NCBI GenBank assembly: GCA_965208215.1
Contig: CBDBOH010000003.1
Span: 1,338,129-1,402,128 of the forward strand
DNA length: 64,000 bases
Direction of reading: 5' to 3'
Source: Chloroflexota bacterium
GTDB lineage: Bacteria; Chloroflexota; UBA11872
Within the stretch, counting starts at the first letter, position 1. Every line of letters starts with the position of its first letter. The position numbers and the translations under genes are program-made. The notes under the pieces are model-generated. The model ran no database searches. It worked only from the letters and a program-made list of their open reading frames with translations, and was not told the origin of the DNA. Below, one piece after another: positions 9,251 to 19,408 of the stretch.

Positions 9251-11437
9251 TTGACTGGATATCTGGCCCGCATAAGCGCCCGGCGGCCGCTCGTCACGCT
9301 GGCAGTCTGGCTTGTCGTCGCCGTTGTTTCGGGCGGTTTGAGTCAGGCGTTGCTTGACAGCGCCACGACCACTGAACTGAAACTTGGCTCGGGTGCACGA
9401 TCGCAGCAAGCGGCGGAACTGCTGGAAGACAGGCTCCGAGGCCCTGAGCCGATAACGGAAATCGTTATCGTTCAGTCCGAGAATCTGACCGTCGACGATC
9501 CCGCGTTCAAGGCCAAAGTCGAGACCGTATTTGGACAGATCATTGCCCTTGGACCTGACGCGGTCACGGCCGGCCTGAACTACTACCTGACCGGTGACGA
9601 GCGGCAGGTATCTCCCGATCGCCGGACCACGCTCATGCCGTTCCGGCTGGCCGGCGACCTCAACGAGGCCGAGGGGCACGCCGAGTACATCCTGGACATC
9701 GTCGAGGCAGCCGACGGGGTGGACGGCTTTCGCGTTCTGACAAGCGGCAGAGCCAGTATTTCCGTCGAGCAGAACGAGCTTGCGTTGCATGACCTCGAGC
9801 AGGGCGAGCGGTTTGGCATTCCCGTGGCCCTGCTCATCCTCGTGGCGCTCTTCGGATCGCTGGTCGCGGCACTTGCGCCGATTGGCCTTGCCATCGTCGC
9901 CATCGTCATCGCCCTCGGCCTGGTGGCGGTGATCGGCCAGGCCTTTCAGTTGGTGTTCTTCGTCACGCTGATGGTCACGATGATCGGCCTGGCCGTTGGC
10001 ATCGACTATTCGCTGCTGATCATCTCCCGCTTCCGCGAGGAAATGGACCGCGGCCTGGACAGGCTCGAGGCGGCGGAGCGCGCCGGCTCCACGGCCGGCC
10101 GCACCGTCCTCTTCAGCGGCGTCACCGTCATCATCGCCATTTGCGGAATGCTGATCGTCCCGTTCCTCTTCTTCCAGTCCCTGGCCATCGGCGCCATCCT
10201 GGTCGTGGCCGTTGCCCTGGCGGCCACGCTGACGCTGCTTCCGGCTGTGCTGGCGCTGCTTGGACCCAGGGTGAACCTGCTGCCGGTGCCCTTGCTCGGC
10301 CGCTTCAAGGTGACCAGCCCCGACCATTCAAAAGCAGGGTTCTGGGAGTTCATCACCGAGAAAGTCATGCGATTTCCGGTCATCAGCATCCTCGCCATCG
10401 CCGTGCCCATGATCGTATTGACGGTCTTCTACTTCGACATCAAGACCGGCCTGAGTGGTGTCGACGCCTTCCCTGAGGGTTCGAAAAGTCGGGAAGCCTT
10501 CTACGTTCTGGAAGAGAACTTCTCCTTCGGCATCGTCAATCCGGTCGAAGTGGTGGTTGACGGCAACGTCAACAGTCCCGAGGTCCAGGGTGCCGTTCAG
10601 CGCCTGCAGGCCACGCTCAGCAATGACCCCAGGTTTCCTATTCCTCCTGTTCCAACCGTCAACGATGCGGGTGACCTGGCGCTGTTGACGCTGATTATCC
10701 ACGGGGAGTCGAGCAGCCAGGCTGCGGTTGACGCCGTCACGGCCTTGCGTGACGAATACATCCCGGCGGCGTTTGCAGGCGTCTCCGCGAATGTCTTGGT
10801 CGGCGGCGTAACTGCCATCACGGCGGACGTATTCGAAATCGTCGAAATCTACACGCCCTTCGTCTTCCTTTTTGTGCTCGGCTTCAGCTTCATCGTGCTG
10901 ATGCTGGTCTTCCGTTCGATTGTCATTCCAATCAAGGCCGTCATCATGAACCTGCTGTCGGTCGGCGCCTCGTACGGGTTGCTGGTCCTGGTTTTCCAGA
11001 AGGGCGTGGGGACGGAACTGCTGGGATTCCGCCACGCGGAAGTCGTGGACGCCTGGATCCCACTGTTCCTCTTCTCGATCCTGTTTGGACTTTCGATGGA
11101 CTACCACGTATTTCTGCTCAGCCGCATCCGCGAACGCTACGACCACACGGGGGATAACGCCGAGGCCGTGGCGTACGGGCTGCGCTCGACCGCCGGAATC
11201 ATTACCGGGGCGGCCCTGATCATGGTCGCCGTCTTCGGCGGCTTCGCGCTCGGCGAAACCATCATCAACCAGCAGGTCGGCTTCGGGTTGGCCGTCGCCG
11301 TGTTCCTTGACGCGACTCTCGTTCGATCCGTCTTGGTTCCGGCTAGCATGGAGGTACTGGGCAAGCGCAACTGGTACTTGCCCTCATTCCTGCGCTGGCT
11401 ACCCGACGTGAGGGTTGAACCCGCCGAGGACGAATAA
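9251..11437 (+). CDS. MMPL family (RND superfamily) transporter
   Basis: 728 aa with two sets of TM bundles separated by soluble domains, and conserved MMPL blocks (GIDYSLLIISRFREE, GLSMDYHVFLLSRIRE). TTG start at 9251 preceded by GGAGGGAG. Confidence 0.85.
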   Translation: MTGYLARISARRPLVTLAVWLVVAVVSGGLSQALLDSATTTELKLGSGARSQQAAELLEDRLRGPEPITEIVIVQSENLTVDDPAFKAKVETVFGQIIALGPDAVTAGLNYYLTGDERQVSPDRRTTLMPFRLAGDLNEAEGHAEYILDIVEAADGVDGFRVLTSGRASISVEQNELALHDLEQGERFGIPVALLILVALFGSLVAALAPIGLAIVAIVIALGLVAVIGQAFQLVFFVTLMVTMIGLAVGIDYSLLIISRFREEMDRGLDRLEAAERAGSTAGRTVLFSGVTVIIAICGMLIVPFLFFQSLAIGAILVVAVALAATLTLLPAVLALLGPRVNLLPVPLLGRFKVTSPDHSKAGFWEFITEKVMRFPVISILAIAVPMIVLTVFYFDIKTGLSGVDAFPEGSKSREAFYVLEENFSFGIVNPVEVVVDGNVNSPEVQGAVQRLQATLSNDPRFPIPPVPTVNDAGDLALLTLIIHGESSSQAAVDAVTALRDEYIPAAFAGVSANVLVGGVTAITADVFEIVEIYTPFVFLFVLGFSFIVLMLVFRSIVIPIKAVIMNLLSVGASYGLLVLVFQKGVGTELLGFRHAEVVDAWIPLFLFSILFGLSMDYHVFLLSRIRERYDHTGDNAEAVAYGLRSTAGIITGAALIMVAVFGGFALGETIINQQVGFGLAVAVFLDATLVRSVLVPASMEVLGKRNWYLPSFLRWLPDVRVEPAEDE

Positions 11438-11446
11438 GTCCGCGAT

Positions 11447-12655
11447 ATGGATCCTGGGACATCGCGAGCTGCTGGGGGGGATCTACCAACCTGCTATCGC
11501 GATGGCTACGACAAGGCCCGCGCGCTTGATCCGGCGGTAGCCGCCAACTACGTCGCTCACACGCGCGTCGGCGATCCGGTCGCCGACGCGATGATGGCGA
11601 CGCTCGAAGATCTCGGGCCGCGGGAGTCGTGGCGGATCGTTCAGACTGTCATGGACAATCTGGATGACGAGCGCGCGCTGGCTGATGCGCCGCGCGAAGT
11701 CCGGGATTTCTTCGAGGAATTGAAGACCCCGCCCGATTGGGTCGACGAAGCGTCGTTCATCCCCGGAATGCGCATGTTTCATCGGAATTCCAGAATCATT
11801 CTGGGAGCGTTTGTTGGAGGGACGCTAGTCGAAGGGTTCGCGACCAATATCAGCAAGTCGTTTTTTACGACCGGCCGGCTGCGCGAGCAGGGGGTCAGGC
11901 GGCTCAAACAAAACAACCGGCACATGCTGGAGATGTTCGTCCCCGGTGGTATGGATCGAGGCGGCGATGGCTGGAAACTGTCCGTCCGAGTCCGCATGGT
12001 TCACGCCCAGGTTCGGCGCCTGCTCGCAAGCTCAGGCGATTGGGACTTTGATGAACTGGGCGAACCCGTGAGCGCCGCGCACCTTGGCTTTGCCATTACG
12101 GCCTTTTCCGCGCGACTGCTTAAGCACATGAAGAGCCTGGGCGCCGTCTATGACGACGAAGAACGCGCCAGTTTCATGCAGGTCTGGCGCTATGGCGGCT
12201 ACCTGATGGGCATTCCCGAGTCGATCTTGTACCGAGATGAAGCCGAAGCGCTGCGAATCTTCGAGATTGGTGGGATCTGCGAGCCCGAGCCGGACTTCGA
12301 GTGCATCGCGATGGCGAATTCACTGATCAACTCCGCCCCGTTGCTGATTGGCCTGACTGATCCCGATGAGCGCCGCCACCTTGCCAAGTACGTCTACCGG
12401 GTGTCCCGCGCGCTCATCGGCAAAGACCTCGCCAACAAGCTGAAGTATCCGCGCAGCCCAACCGTCGGCGTGCTGCCCTGGTTCCGCATGCAGGGCCGGA
12501 TCGAACGCACGCTGGGCCGGCTCTTTCACAAGCACCTGCAACAGACCAACTACACCAATCTCACGTCGTTACTTGAAGTGTCCGTATTCGACGAGGCCGG
12601 AATCAGCTACAAGATGCCCGACCATGTTTACGCTGAAGAATCCACCAAGTGGTAG
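11447..12655 (+). CDS. Hypothetical protein, possibly DUF2236 / MpaB-type oxygenase family
   Basis: 402 aa, 10 nt downstream of the MMPL gene and probably co-transcribed. Contains an R-x-x-H-A-x-V-R block (VRVRMVHAQVRRLL) that I recall as the DUF2236 hallmark. The family call is from memory only. Confidence 0.45.
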   Translation: MDPGTSRAAGGDLPTCYRDGYDKARALDPAVAANYVAHTRVGDPVADAMMATLEDLGPRESWRIVQTVMDNLDDERALADAPREVRDFFEELKTPPDWVDEASFIPGMRMFHRNSRIILGAFVGGTLVEGFATNISKSFFTTGRLREQGVRRLKQNNRHMLEMFVPGGMDRGGDGWKLSVRVRMVHAQVRRLLASSGDWDFDELGEPVSAAHLGFAITAFSARLLKHMKSLGAVYDDEERASFMQVWRYGGYLMGIPESILYRDEAEALRIFEIGGICEPEPDFECIAMANSLINSAPLLIGLTDPDERRHLAKYVYRVSRALIGKDLANKLKYPRSPTVGVLPWFRMQGRIERTLGRLFHKHLQQTNYTNLTSLLEVSVFDEAGISYKMPDHVYAEESTKW

Positions 12656-12799
12656 CGCGATCCAGAACGCGAGCGACCTGGCGATTACCGGCGAAACTGG
12701 TTTTCGCTTCAGTTCCAGACCGGTCAGCGGGCCCTTAGCGAAGGTAACCGGACGACGACACCCTGGCCGGCCGGCGCTGTCGAGTCAGCACCACGTCAG

Positions 12800-13546
12800 T
12801 CAGGAATGAGGGGATTCCGCCACTGTCTTCGAGTTGCCACTTCGCCGTCGGTCCAGGCGCAGTCGACCGCGCGTGCCCGCAAGATCTTTGAGCCGCGAGG
12901 ACTCCTCCCATGTGCTGTCAATGTAGCCAGCCTGCTTGTAAAACTCACGTGCGGCACGGTTTTCGGCCAGCACGTACAGGCTGCAGGCGGACGATTGGCG
13001 ATCCGCGTGTTGGTGCACATTGGCCAGCAGTGCCTTGGCCACGCCGTTGCCGCGGTGCTTTGGGAACACCGCCAGGTACGGGATGAACCAATGATCCACG
13101 GGTACGGCAGGGCTTGCGCGGATCAGCATTCGCAGCCTTGGCAAGAGCCGGAAGAACCCCCACGGACCGTACACGCGCAGGTAGGCCAACATCGTGGCTC
13201 GATACCGCCGGGCCAGTTCCGTCCACGGCGCATGCGACACCATGCCGGCCACCTGACCGTCAACCTCGGCCAGCGTGACCAGGTCGTAGCTCCACAAGGT
13301 GCCGGGTCGAGCGAATAGCCGCTCCAGGTAGCTCGTGGCTGCGCCTTCGTCCCCGAGTCCAAACACGGCGTCCGCCAGTTCCGGCGTCAGTGCTTCGCGC
13401 AGCAGATGACCCGCCGAACGCTTGTCCTCGAGCCGGGCGCGACGGAGCTTTGGCCCTGCCTCCGTGGGCTGGTGACGCTGAGCGACGTTGAGATCAATAT
13501 CGGCAACGGCCTCGGCCGTCGCACTCGCCAGCACAGCCCCGCTCAT
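12800..13546 (-). CDS. GNAT family N-acetyltransferase
   Basis: Acetyl-CoA binding motif FPKHRGNGVAKALL and a GNAT-like fold. Confidence 0.75.
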   Translation of the reverse strand: MSGAVLASATAEAVADIDLNVAQRHQPTEAGPKLRRARLEDKRSAGHLLREALTPELADAVFGLGDEGAATSYLERLFARPGTLWSYDLVTLAEVDGQVAGMVSHAPWTELARRYRATMLAYLRVYGPWGFFRLLPRLRMLIRASPAVPVDHWFIPYLAVFPKHRGNGVAKALLANVHQHADRQSSACSLYVLAENRAAREFYKQAGYIDSTWEESSRLKDLAGTRGRLRLDRRRSGNSKTVAESPHS

Positions 13547-13699
13547 TCTCCGGGCGGCCTCCCAACACGTACCGGATAAAATCTATTTTGCGGAGGCTAG
13601 CGGCTGTCTGTCGAGTTGGTGTGAAGCCCGTGTGCACGCCCTATGCACGCGGCCTTCGAGTACAAGGCGAACAGCCGCCAGCGTAAACCTGGCGGTGTA

Positions 13700-15538
13700 T
13701 CACCACCCCAGCGCGTGCCCGATTATTCCTTTCGGCGACACTGCTCCCGCGATCACGCCGCCTGGCCCGCCGAACCGTATGCCCATCGGCTTGCCGTTCG
13801 CCCAGTCGTCCGTGACTTCGACCTCGTGCCCGCGTCGCTCGAGTTCCGCCAGCACCGCGCCGCTGATGCGTCCCTCGGCCACCAGGCGCACCGGATAGGA
13901 CTCGCGCGGGTAGAACGACGACGGGAAGTGCACCGAGTGCACGGTCGGCGCGTCCAGCGCTTCCTGCAGGTTCATGCCAAAGTGCACGCAGTTCAGGAAG
14001 AACTGCAGCGTCCACTGGTCCTGCCCGTCGCCGCCCGGCGTGCCGAACACCATTTCCGGCGCGCCGTCGCGCGTCACCAGCGATGGCGTCAGCGTGGCCC
14101 GCGGCCGCTTGCGCGGCGCCAGCGCGTTAGGCCGCGCCGGGTTCAGATAGAACATCTGGCCGCGCGTGCCCAGCGGAAAGCCCAGGCCTCGAATCACCGG
14201 CGACGTCCCCAACCACCCGCCGCTCGGCGTAGCCGCCACCATGTTGCCCTCGTGGTCGACCGCGTCCAGGTGGGTCGTGTCGCCCACGTGCGCGTGTCCC
14301 AGCCCCAGGTCCCGCACCTCGCGAGCCTCCACCTGCAGCGCCCGCCGATTGTCTTCGGCCACATCAAGCGTGGCGTATGCCGGGAAGCCGCTCCCCGCGT
14401 CCCCCGGCCGCATCTCCAGCGACGCTCGCTCGCCGACAAGGCTCCGCCGCTCGTCCGCATAAGCCTTCGATAGCAGCCGCTCGAACGGCACGTCGTCGAA
14501 CTTCGGATCGCCGTAGTGCGCCTCGCGGTCGGCGAAGGCCAGCTTGGCGCACTCGATCAGCGTATGCAGGTAGTCCGCCGAGTTGTGCCCCATCGCCGCC
14601 AGGTCGAAGCGCTCCAGCAGCGTCAACTGCTGCAGGAACACCGGCCCCTGCGTCCAACTGGAGCACTTATGCACGTCCAGGCCGTGATAGTTCACGCTGA
14701 CCGGCTCGTTGAACTCCGCTTCCCAGTCCGCAAAGTCCGCAAAGCTCAGCAATCCGGCATGCGCCGAGCCGCTGGCGTCCTCCACCGGAGTGCTGATGAA
14801 GTCCAGGATTCGCTCGGCAATCTCGCCCTTGTAGAAGGCGTCACGCGCGGCCTCGATCCCCGCTATACGGCCGCGTCCTGCGGCCGCTTTCTCCGCTCGA
14901 CACAGGACGCGCAACGTCTCGGCCCACTCGGGATTCCGGTGCAACTCGCCCACCTCGGGCGCCTTGCCTCCCGGCAGGTACACCTCGCCGGTGCTGGGAT
15001 ACATCTCCGTGAACTTGTCCACGTTGCTTGCCAGGCTGTTGTACAGGCTGTCGTAGACCGGATACCCGTTCTCGGCCAGGTCGATCGCCGGCTGCAGCAC
15101 TTCTCCAAAGGTCAGCGTTCCAAAGCGCGCCAGCGCGGCCGCCCAGGTACCCACCGTCGCGGGCACGCAGGCCGGCAGGTAGCCGTCGCCCGGCACCAGG
15201 TCAATCCCATGCTCCCGGCACCAGTCGATGGTGAACGCCTGCGCCGACCAGCCCATGCCGCTCAGCTCGTACGCCTTGCGTTCGCGCGCCGAGTAGATCA
15301 GCGTCGGCACCTCGCCCGCCAAACCGTTGCTCTGCGGTTCCAGCAGGTTCAGGCAGAAGCACATCGCCGCCGCCGCGTCGATGGCATTACCGCCCTGCTC
15401 CATCATCCGGAACCCGGCCGCTGTCGCCAGGTAGTGGCCGGACGTCACCACCCCGCGCCGCCCCATTACCACCGGCCGCGTCGTAAACCCCGTCCGCATC
15501 CCCACGCTGCGATCTCCCAAAAACGTCGTAATCGTCAT
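13700..15538 (-). CDS. ggt: Gamma-glutamyltransferase
   Basis: Conserved autoprocessing/nucleophile region TTHLDAVDHEGNMVAATPSGG, and the GGDGQDQ motif near the C-terminus. 612 aa. Confidence 0.9.
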   Translation of the reverse strand: MTITTFLGDRSVGMRTGFTTRPVVMGRRGVVTSGHYLATAAGFRMMEQGGNAIDAAAAMCFCLNLLEPQSNGLAGEVPTLIYSARERKAYELSGMGWSAQAFTIDWCREHGIDLVPGDGYLPACVPATVGTWAAALARFGTLTFGEVLQPAIDLAENGYPVYDSLYNSLASNVDKFTEMYPSTGEVYLPGGKAPEVGELHRNPEWAETLRVLCRAEKAAAGRGRIAGIEAARDAFYKGEIAERILDFISTPVEDASGSAHAGLLSFADFADWEAEFNEPVSVNYHGLDVHKCSSWTQGPVFLQQLTLLERFDLAAMGHNSADYLHTLIECAKLAFADREAHYGDPKFDDVPFERLLSKAYADERRSLVGERASLEMRPGDAGSGFPAYATLDVAEDNRRALQVEAREVRDLGLGHAHVGDTTHLDAVDHEGNMVAATPSGGWLGTSPVIRGLGFPLGTRGQMFYLNPARPNALAPRKRPRATLTPSLVTRDGAPEMVFGTPGGDGQDQWTLQFFLNCVHFGMNLQEALDAPTVHSVHFPSSFYPRESYPVRLVAEGRISGAVLAELERRGHEVEVTDDWANGKPMGIRFGGPGGVIAGAVSPKGIIGHALGW

Positions 15539-15675
15539 CGCTAATCGCTCCCGTACCGGCCGGCGAGGTCGGCCCGCAGCTTAGCCCCAAGCGGTATCCC
15601 ATGCTCTCGGTGCCCGCGGGGTAGGCATGACTCGAGTCGGCGCCACGTTGGCCATCTGCTGACCGGGTCATGGCG

Positions 15676-15696
15676 TTGTAACGCAAACGGTTACAA
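15676..15696. promoter_or_regulatory. Perfect 7-bp inverted repeat TTGTAAC-N7-GTTACAA, 8 nt upstream of brnT
   Basis: Read directly from the sequence. Overlaps a TACAAT -10-like hexamer. Plausible BrnA operator. Confidence 0.35.
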
Positions 15697-15703
15697 TAGC
15701 TGC

Positions 15704-15988
15704 ATGGTCCATGTACGGGAGTTGGTCTGGGACGCGTGGAACGTAGGCCATATAGCGCGGCACGAAGTCACCCCCGACGAGGTCGAAGAAGTATGTCGGG
15801 GATTCACTCACGCAAGCCGCACCTACAAAGGGCGTCTTCGTTTGATTGGTCAGACAACGTCCGGGCGGACGCTCACGGTGATCCTGGCGCCGGTTCAACC
15901 TGAGATCTATTACCCGGTGACGGCGCGGCCGGCCAGCCGTCGTGAGCGGGAGATGTACCGGATTTTGGAGAATGGAGTGACCGAATGA
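15704..15988 (+). CDS. brnT: BrnT-family toxin (RelE-like ribonuclease, DUF497)
   Basis: 94 aa. N-terminal VxxVxWDxxN...H motif (VRELVWDAWNVGHIARH). Toxin gene comes first and overlaps the next ORF by 4 nt. Confidence 0.8.
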   Translation: MVHVRELVWDAWNVGHIARHEVTPDEVEEVCRGFTHASRTYKGRLRLIGQTTSGRTLTVILAPVQPEIYYPVTARPASRREREMYRILENGVTE

Positions 15989-16272
15989 GTAAGACGAAGA
16001 AGCAGACTCGGATTCCGACGTTCAACAGTCCCGAGGAAGAGGCCGAGTTCTGGGACACGCACGACACGGCTGACTTCGAGGACGAGTTCGAGCGCACCGA
16101 GGTGCGCTTCGCCAAGAACCTCTCCCAGGGCATCACGGTGCGCTTTACGGCGGAGACCCTGGCAACCCTGCGGGCGACGGCCCGGAAGAAGGGCATCGGT
16201 CCAACCACGTTGGCGCGAATGTGGATCCTGGAACGCCTCGAGGCGATTGACCAGGGGACTGCCGCGCCATAG
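15985..16272 (+). CDS. brnA: BrnA-family antitoxin (CopG/RHH-like C-terminus)
   Basis: 95 aa. EAEFWDTHD motif and C-terminal ribbon-helix-helix (TLARMWILERL). Start is translationally coupled to brnT. Confidence 0.8.
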   Translation: MSKTKKQTRIPTFNSPEEEAEFWDTHDTADFEDEFERTEVRFAKNLSQGITVRFTAETLATLRATARKKGIGPTTLARMWILERLEAIDQGTAAP

Positions 16273-16406
16273 CTCAAGAGTCCGCCGGCGACCTGTTTGA
16301 CTCGAAGCGCGCCGCCGATCTCTACGCCCGCGCTCGCCCCTACCACCACGACCTCGTCATTCAGCGAATCGCGGCTCAATTCGACATTGACCGAAATCTC
16401 GACCGC

Positions 16407-17051
16407 GTGCTTGATGTCGCCTGCGGAACCGGGCTGTCCTGCATCGCCTTGAAGCAGATCGCAAAGCGAATCGTCGGTTCCGACATCTCAGCCGCCATCC
16501 TCGCCCAGGCCGAGCGCGACGAGCGCATTGACTACCTGCGCTGTCCGGCCGAGGCCCTACCCCTGGCCAGCCGGTCCTTCGACCTCCTAACCGTCTCGTC
16601 CGGCTTGCACTGGTTCGAGCGACACGCCTTCCTGGCGGAAGCCCGCCGCGTGCTCAGGCCCCGTGGCTGGCTCGTCATCTACGATAACTTCTTCTCCGCC
16701 AATCTTCGCGGCAATCCGGCCTTCAAACCCTGGTTCAATTCGACCTACCTTCAGCGCTTCCCCACGCCCCTTCGCGACAACCAACCTCTTGGCGATCAGT
16801 CGGCCAGACACGCCGGCTTTCACTTGCTCGCGCAGGAGAAGTACGCCAACGTCGTTTTCTTCGATCGAGAGCCGTTGGTCGACTACTTGCTCACCCAGAC
16901 CAACGTCCTCGCGGCCATCCAGGGTGGCGATTGGACCATCAACGACGCCCGGACCTACCTCACGGACGAAGTCAGCCCCTACGTCCCATCATCCGAGCCG
17001 CAAGCCTTCGACTTCGGCGGCCCGATCGCCTACCTGCGCAAGATCGGCTAA
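16407..17051 (+). CDS. Class I SAM-dependent methyltransferase (the true N-terminus probably begins upstream near 16272, where no canonical start codon exists)
   Basis: Motif I LDVACGTGLS lies immediately after the first in-frame start (GTG 16407). The frame is open from 16251 and encodes a typical methyltransferase N-terminus (LFDSKRAADLYARARPYHHDLV), but has no ATG/GTG/TTG there. Confidence 0.65.
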   Translation: MLDVACGTGLSCIALKQIAKRIVGSDISAAILAQAERDERIDYLRCPAEALPLASRSFDLLTVSSGLHWFERHAFLAEARRVLRPRGWLVIYDNFFSANLRGNPAFKPWFNSTYLQRFPTPLRDNQPLGDQSARHAGFHLLAQEKYANVVFFDREPLVDYLLTQTNVLAAIQGGDWTINDARTYLTDEVSPYVPSSEPQAFDFGGPIAYLRKIG

Positions 17052-18325
17052 CCCGACACCACGCTCCGCGCCATTTCCTTCAGCGTCGGCCGCTTGCCGT
17101 ACATCAGCAGGTAGGCCCGGAACAACCGCATCGCCAGCCAGAGCGCGCCCGACGCACTCGCCGCCAGTACCAGCAGCGCCGCCACGGTTTCCAGCGGCCC
17201 CATCGCGTCGATAGCAAGGCGAATGAAACCAGTGACGGGCGCCGTGACCGGGATGTACGTCAGCACTCGAGCCACGGTGCCCTCCGGTTCGGTGAACAGG
17301 ATGAAGTTCAGCCAGACCGGAATGAAGGCCGGAACGATGACGATGGCCGAAATCTGGTTGGCCTCGCGCAGCGAAGTCGTTATCGCTCCCACCGCCGCCA
17401 TCAGCGATGCGAACAACGCGTAGCCGAACAGGAAGTACCCGGCGGCGATGGCAATGTCGCCAAGCCCCGGCATGGTCAGAAAGTCGGCCGGAATGTCCAC
17501 GATAAGGCCGACCACCAGCACGCCCACGCCAACCGAGGCCAGCCAGGCCGCCATCTGTAGTAGCCCCGCGGCGCCCAGGCCGAAGAACTTACCCAGCAGC
17601 AGTGCGTCCGGCTTGACCGACGACAACAGCACCTCCATCACCCGGTTTTCCTTTTCCTCCACCAGCGCGTTCAGGACGTAGCCAGAGCTGAAGAAGACCG
17701 AAAACAAGAGCGAAATGCCGGCAACCGCAAAGAACGCCGCCCGCCCGATGTCGAATCCCGCCGACTCATCCTCCGCTCCGTCGGGCCGGACCTCCTCCGT
17801 CACCAGTGTGTAGGGGATCCGGAGCCGCTCGGCCAGTCCAGCCGGGACTTCGTCTGCGAACAGGTTCGAGAGCACGAACCCGCGCAGCGTCCCGCTATAC
17901 GAGGGACCGTCCGGTCCGAAGACGCCCCCGTCGTCAGCGATCTGAACCCGCACGACCGTTCCTGTTTCGGCAAAGTCCGGCGGAAACACGAAGAGCGCGT
18001 CGATCTGCTCGTCCATGAGCGCCGCTATTCCGGCCTCACGATCCGATACCGGTACGAACACCGCGCCCGGCTGTTCCTGGTATGCGCCAAACAGCGCCGG
18101 ACCGTCCGTAAGGTCTACGTATCCCAGCCTTGGCGTCTGAGCGCTGGACTCGGTGCTGGATGCGGCCTCCGCTTCGGCGTCCTCCCGCGTCACCAGCGTG
18201 AAAATTGCAAAGCCCGCCACCGCCAGCGCCACCAGCACCGGCACGGCCGCCGTCAGGATGATGTATGACGGACGGGTAACGGCCGTCCGGAACTCGTGCC
18301 GGGTCACAATCCGAACGCTACCCAT
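17048..18325 (-). CDS. ABC-2 type transporter permease with a large extracytoplasmic domain
   Basis: One N-terminal TM helix, then a ~170-aa soluble domain, then 5 C-terminal TM helices. Start chosen at ATG 18325, an 8-nt overlap with the upstream ATPase. The track ORF extends to 18373. Confidence 0.7.
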   Translation of the reverse strand: MGSVRIVTRHEFRTAVTRPSYIILTAAVPVLVALAVAGFAIFTLVTREDAEAEAASSTESSAQTPRLGYVDLTDGPALFGAYQEQPGAVFVPVSDREAGIAALMDEQIDALFVFPPDFAETGTVVRVQIADDGGVFGPDGPSYSGTLRGFVLSNLFADEVPAGLAERLRIPYTLVTEEVRPDGAEDESAGFDIGRAAFFAVAGISLLFSVFFSSGYVLNALVEEKENRVMEVLLSSVKPDALLLGKFFGLGAAGLLQMAAWLASVGVGVLVVGLIVDIPADFLTMPGLGDIAIAAGYFLFGYALFASLMAAVGAITTSLREANQISAIVIVPAFIPVWLNFILFTEPEGTVARVLTYIPVTAPVTGFIRLAIDAMGPLETVAALLVLAASASGALWLAMRLFRAYLLMYGKRPTLKEMARSVVSG

Positions 18326-19292
18326 CGGTGCGCGTCCCTTCATCCGGCGTCCCGTTCCCGTTGGCGCTCCCATCAGCGCCGCCTACGATTTGCAGGAATA
18401 TCTCCTCCAGCGTCGGCGCCTCGCGTTCGAACCGCTCGATCTGCACGCCTGCGTCCAGCAGCGCTTGCAAGACTTTCTCCGCGGATCCCTCGGCGTCCAG
18501 ACTGATCCGCCAGCCGTCGCCGTGCGACTCCACCGTCGCAACCCCCGGTAGCTTCAGGGCGTACGGCAGGTCCGCCGCACATTCCACCAGCAGACGGTTG
18601 CTCGCGTGCTGTCGCCGAATCTCTCGTACCCCTCCGTTCAGCACGATCTCGCCGTGGTTGATCATCACCACCCGGTCGCAGAGTTCCTCCACGTCCGTCA
18701 TCTGGTGCGTCGAGAACAGCACGGCCACCCCGTCGTCTCGCAATTCGGCCACCGTGTTCTTCATCAGTCGCACGTTGACCGGATCCAGGCCCGAGAACGG
18801 CTCGTCCAGCACCAGGAAGTCCGGCTTGTGCTGAATCGTCGCCGCAAACTGCAGCAACTGCCGCAGCCCGCGGCTCAGCTCCCCCACCTTCTTGGGGCGG
18901 TGTTCCGTCAGGCCCAACCGCTCCAGCGCCGCGTCCGCCAGCCTTGGCGCTTCCTGCGTCGGCACCCCCTTCAACTCCGCCATGTACTTCAGAATCGGCG
19001 GAATGCGCAGACCCGGATACAGCCCGCGCTCTTCCGGCAGATAGCCGATGCGCTGCCGCGCCGCGTCGTCGATCGGTGCGCCAAACACCTCCACCGTGCC
19101 GCGGTCCGGCGCGAAGATGTCCAGCATCATCCGGATCGTGGTGCTCTTGCCCGCGCCGTTGGGCCCCACAAAGCCCACCACCTCGCCCTGCGCGATCTCC
19201 AGCGAGACATCCCGCACCACGTCCAACGCCCCAAACCGCTTCCACAGCCCGCTGGCCCGGACCGGAACGCCGCTGGTCGCAAAGGTCGCCAT
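18318..19292 (-). CDS. ABC transporter ATP-binding protein
   Basis: Walker A GPNGAGKST, signature LSRGLRQLLQFA, Walker B LVLDEPFSGLD. Confidence 0.85.
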   Translation of the reverse strand: MATFATSGVPVRASGLWKRFGALDVVRDVSLEIAQGEVVGFVGPNGAGKSTTIRMMLDIFAPDRGTVEVFGAPIDDAARQRIGYLPEERGLYPGLRIPPILKYMAELKGVPTQEAPRLADAALERLGLTEHRPKKVGELSRGLRQLLQFAATIQHKPDFLVLDEPFSGLDPVNVRLMKNTVAELRDDGVAVLFSTHQMTDVEELCDRVVMINHGEIVLNGGVREIRRQHASNRLLVECAADLPYALKLPGVATVESHGDGWRISLDAEGSAEKVLQALLDAGVQIERFEREAPTLEEIFLQIVGGADGSANGNGTPDEGTRTDG

Positions 19293-19408
19293 GACGGGAA
19301 GTTTAGGCGTTAGACGTCACCATAAACCGTGGTAAACACGCCACAAGCACGCCGCGCCGCCGCCGACTAGGATGGGCGCACAACTGGCTCACGCGGAAGG
19401 GCAGGCCG

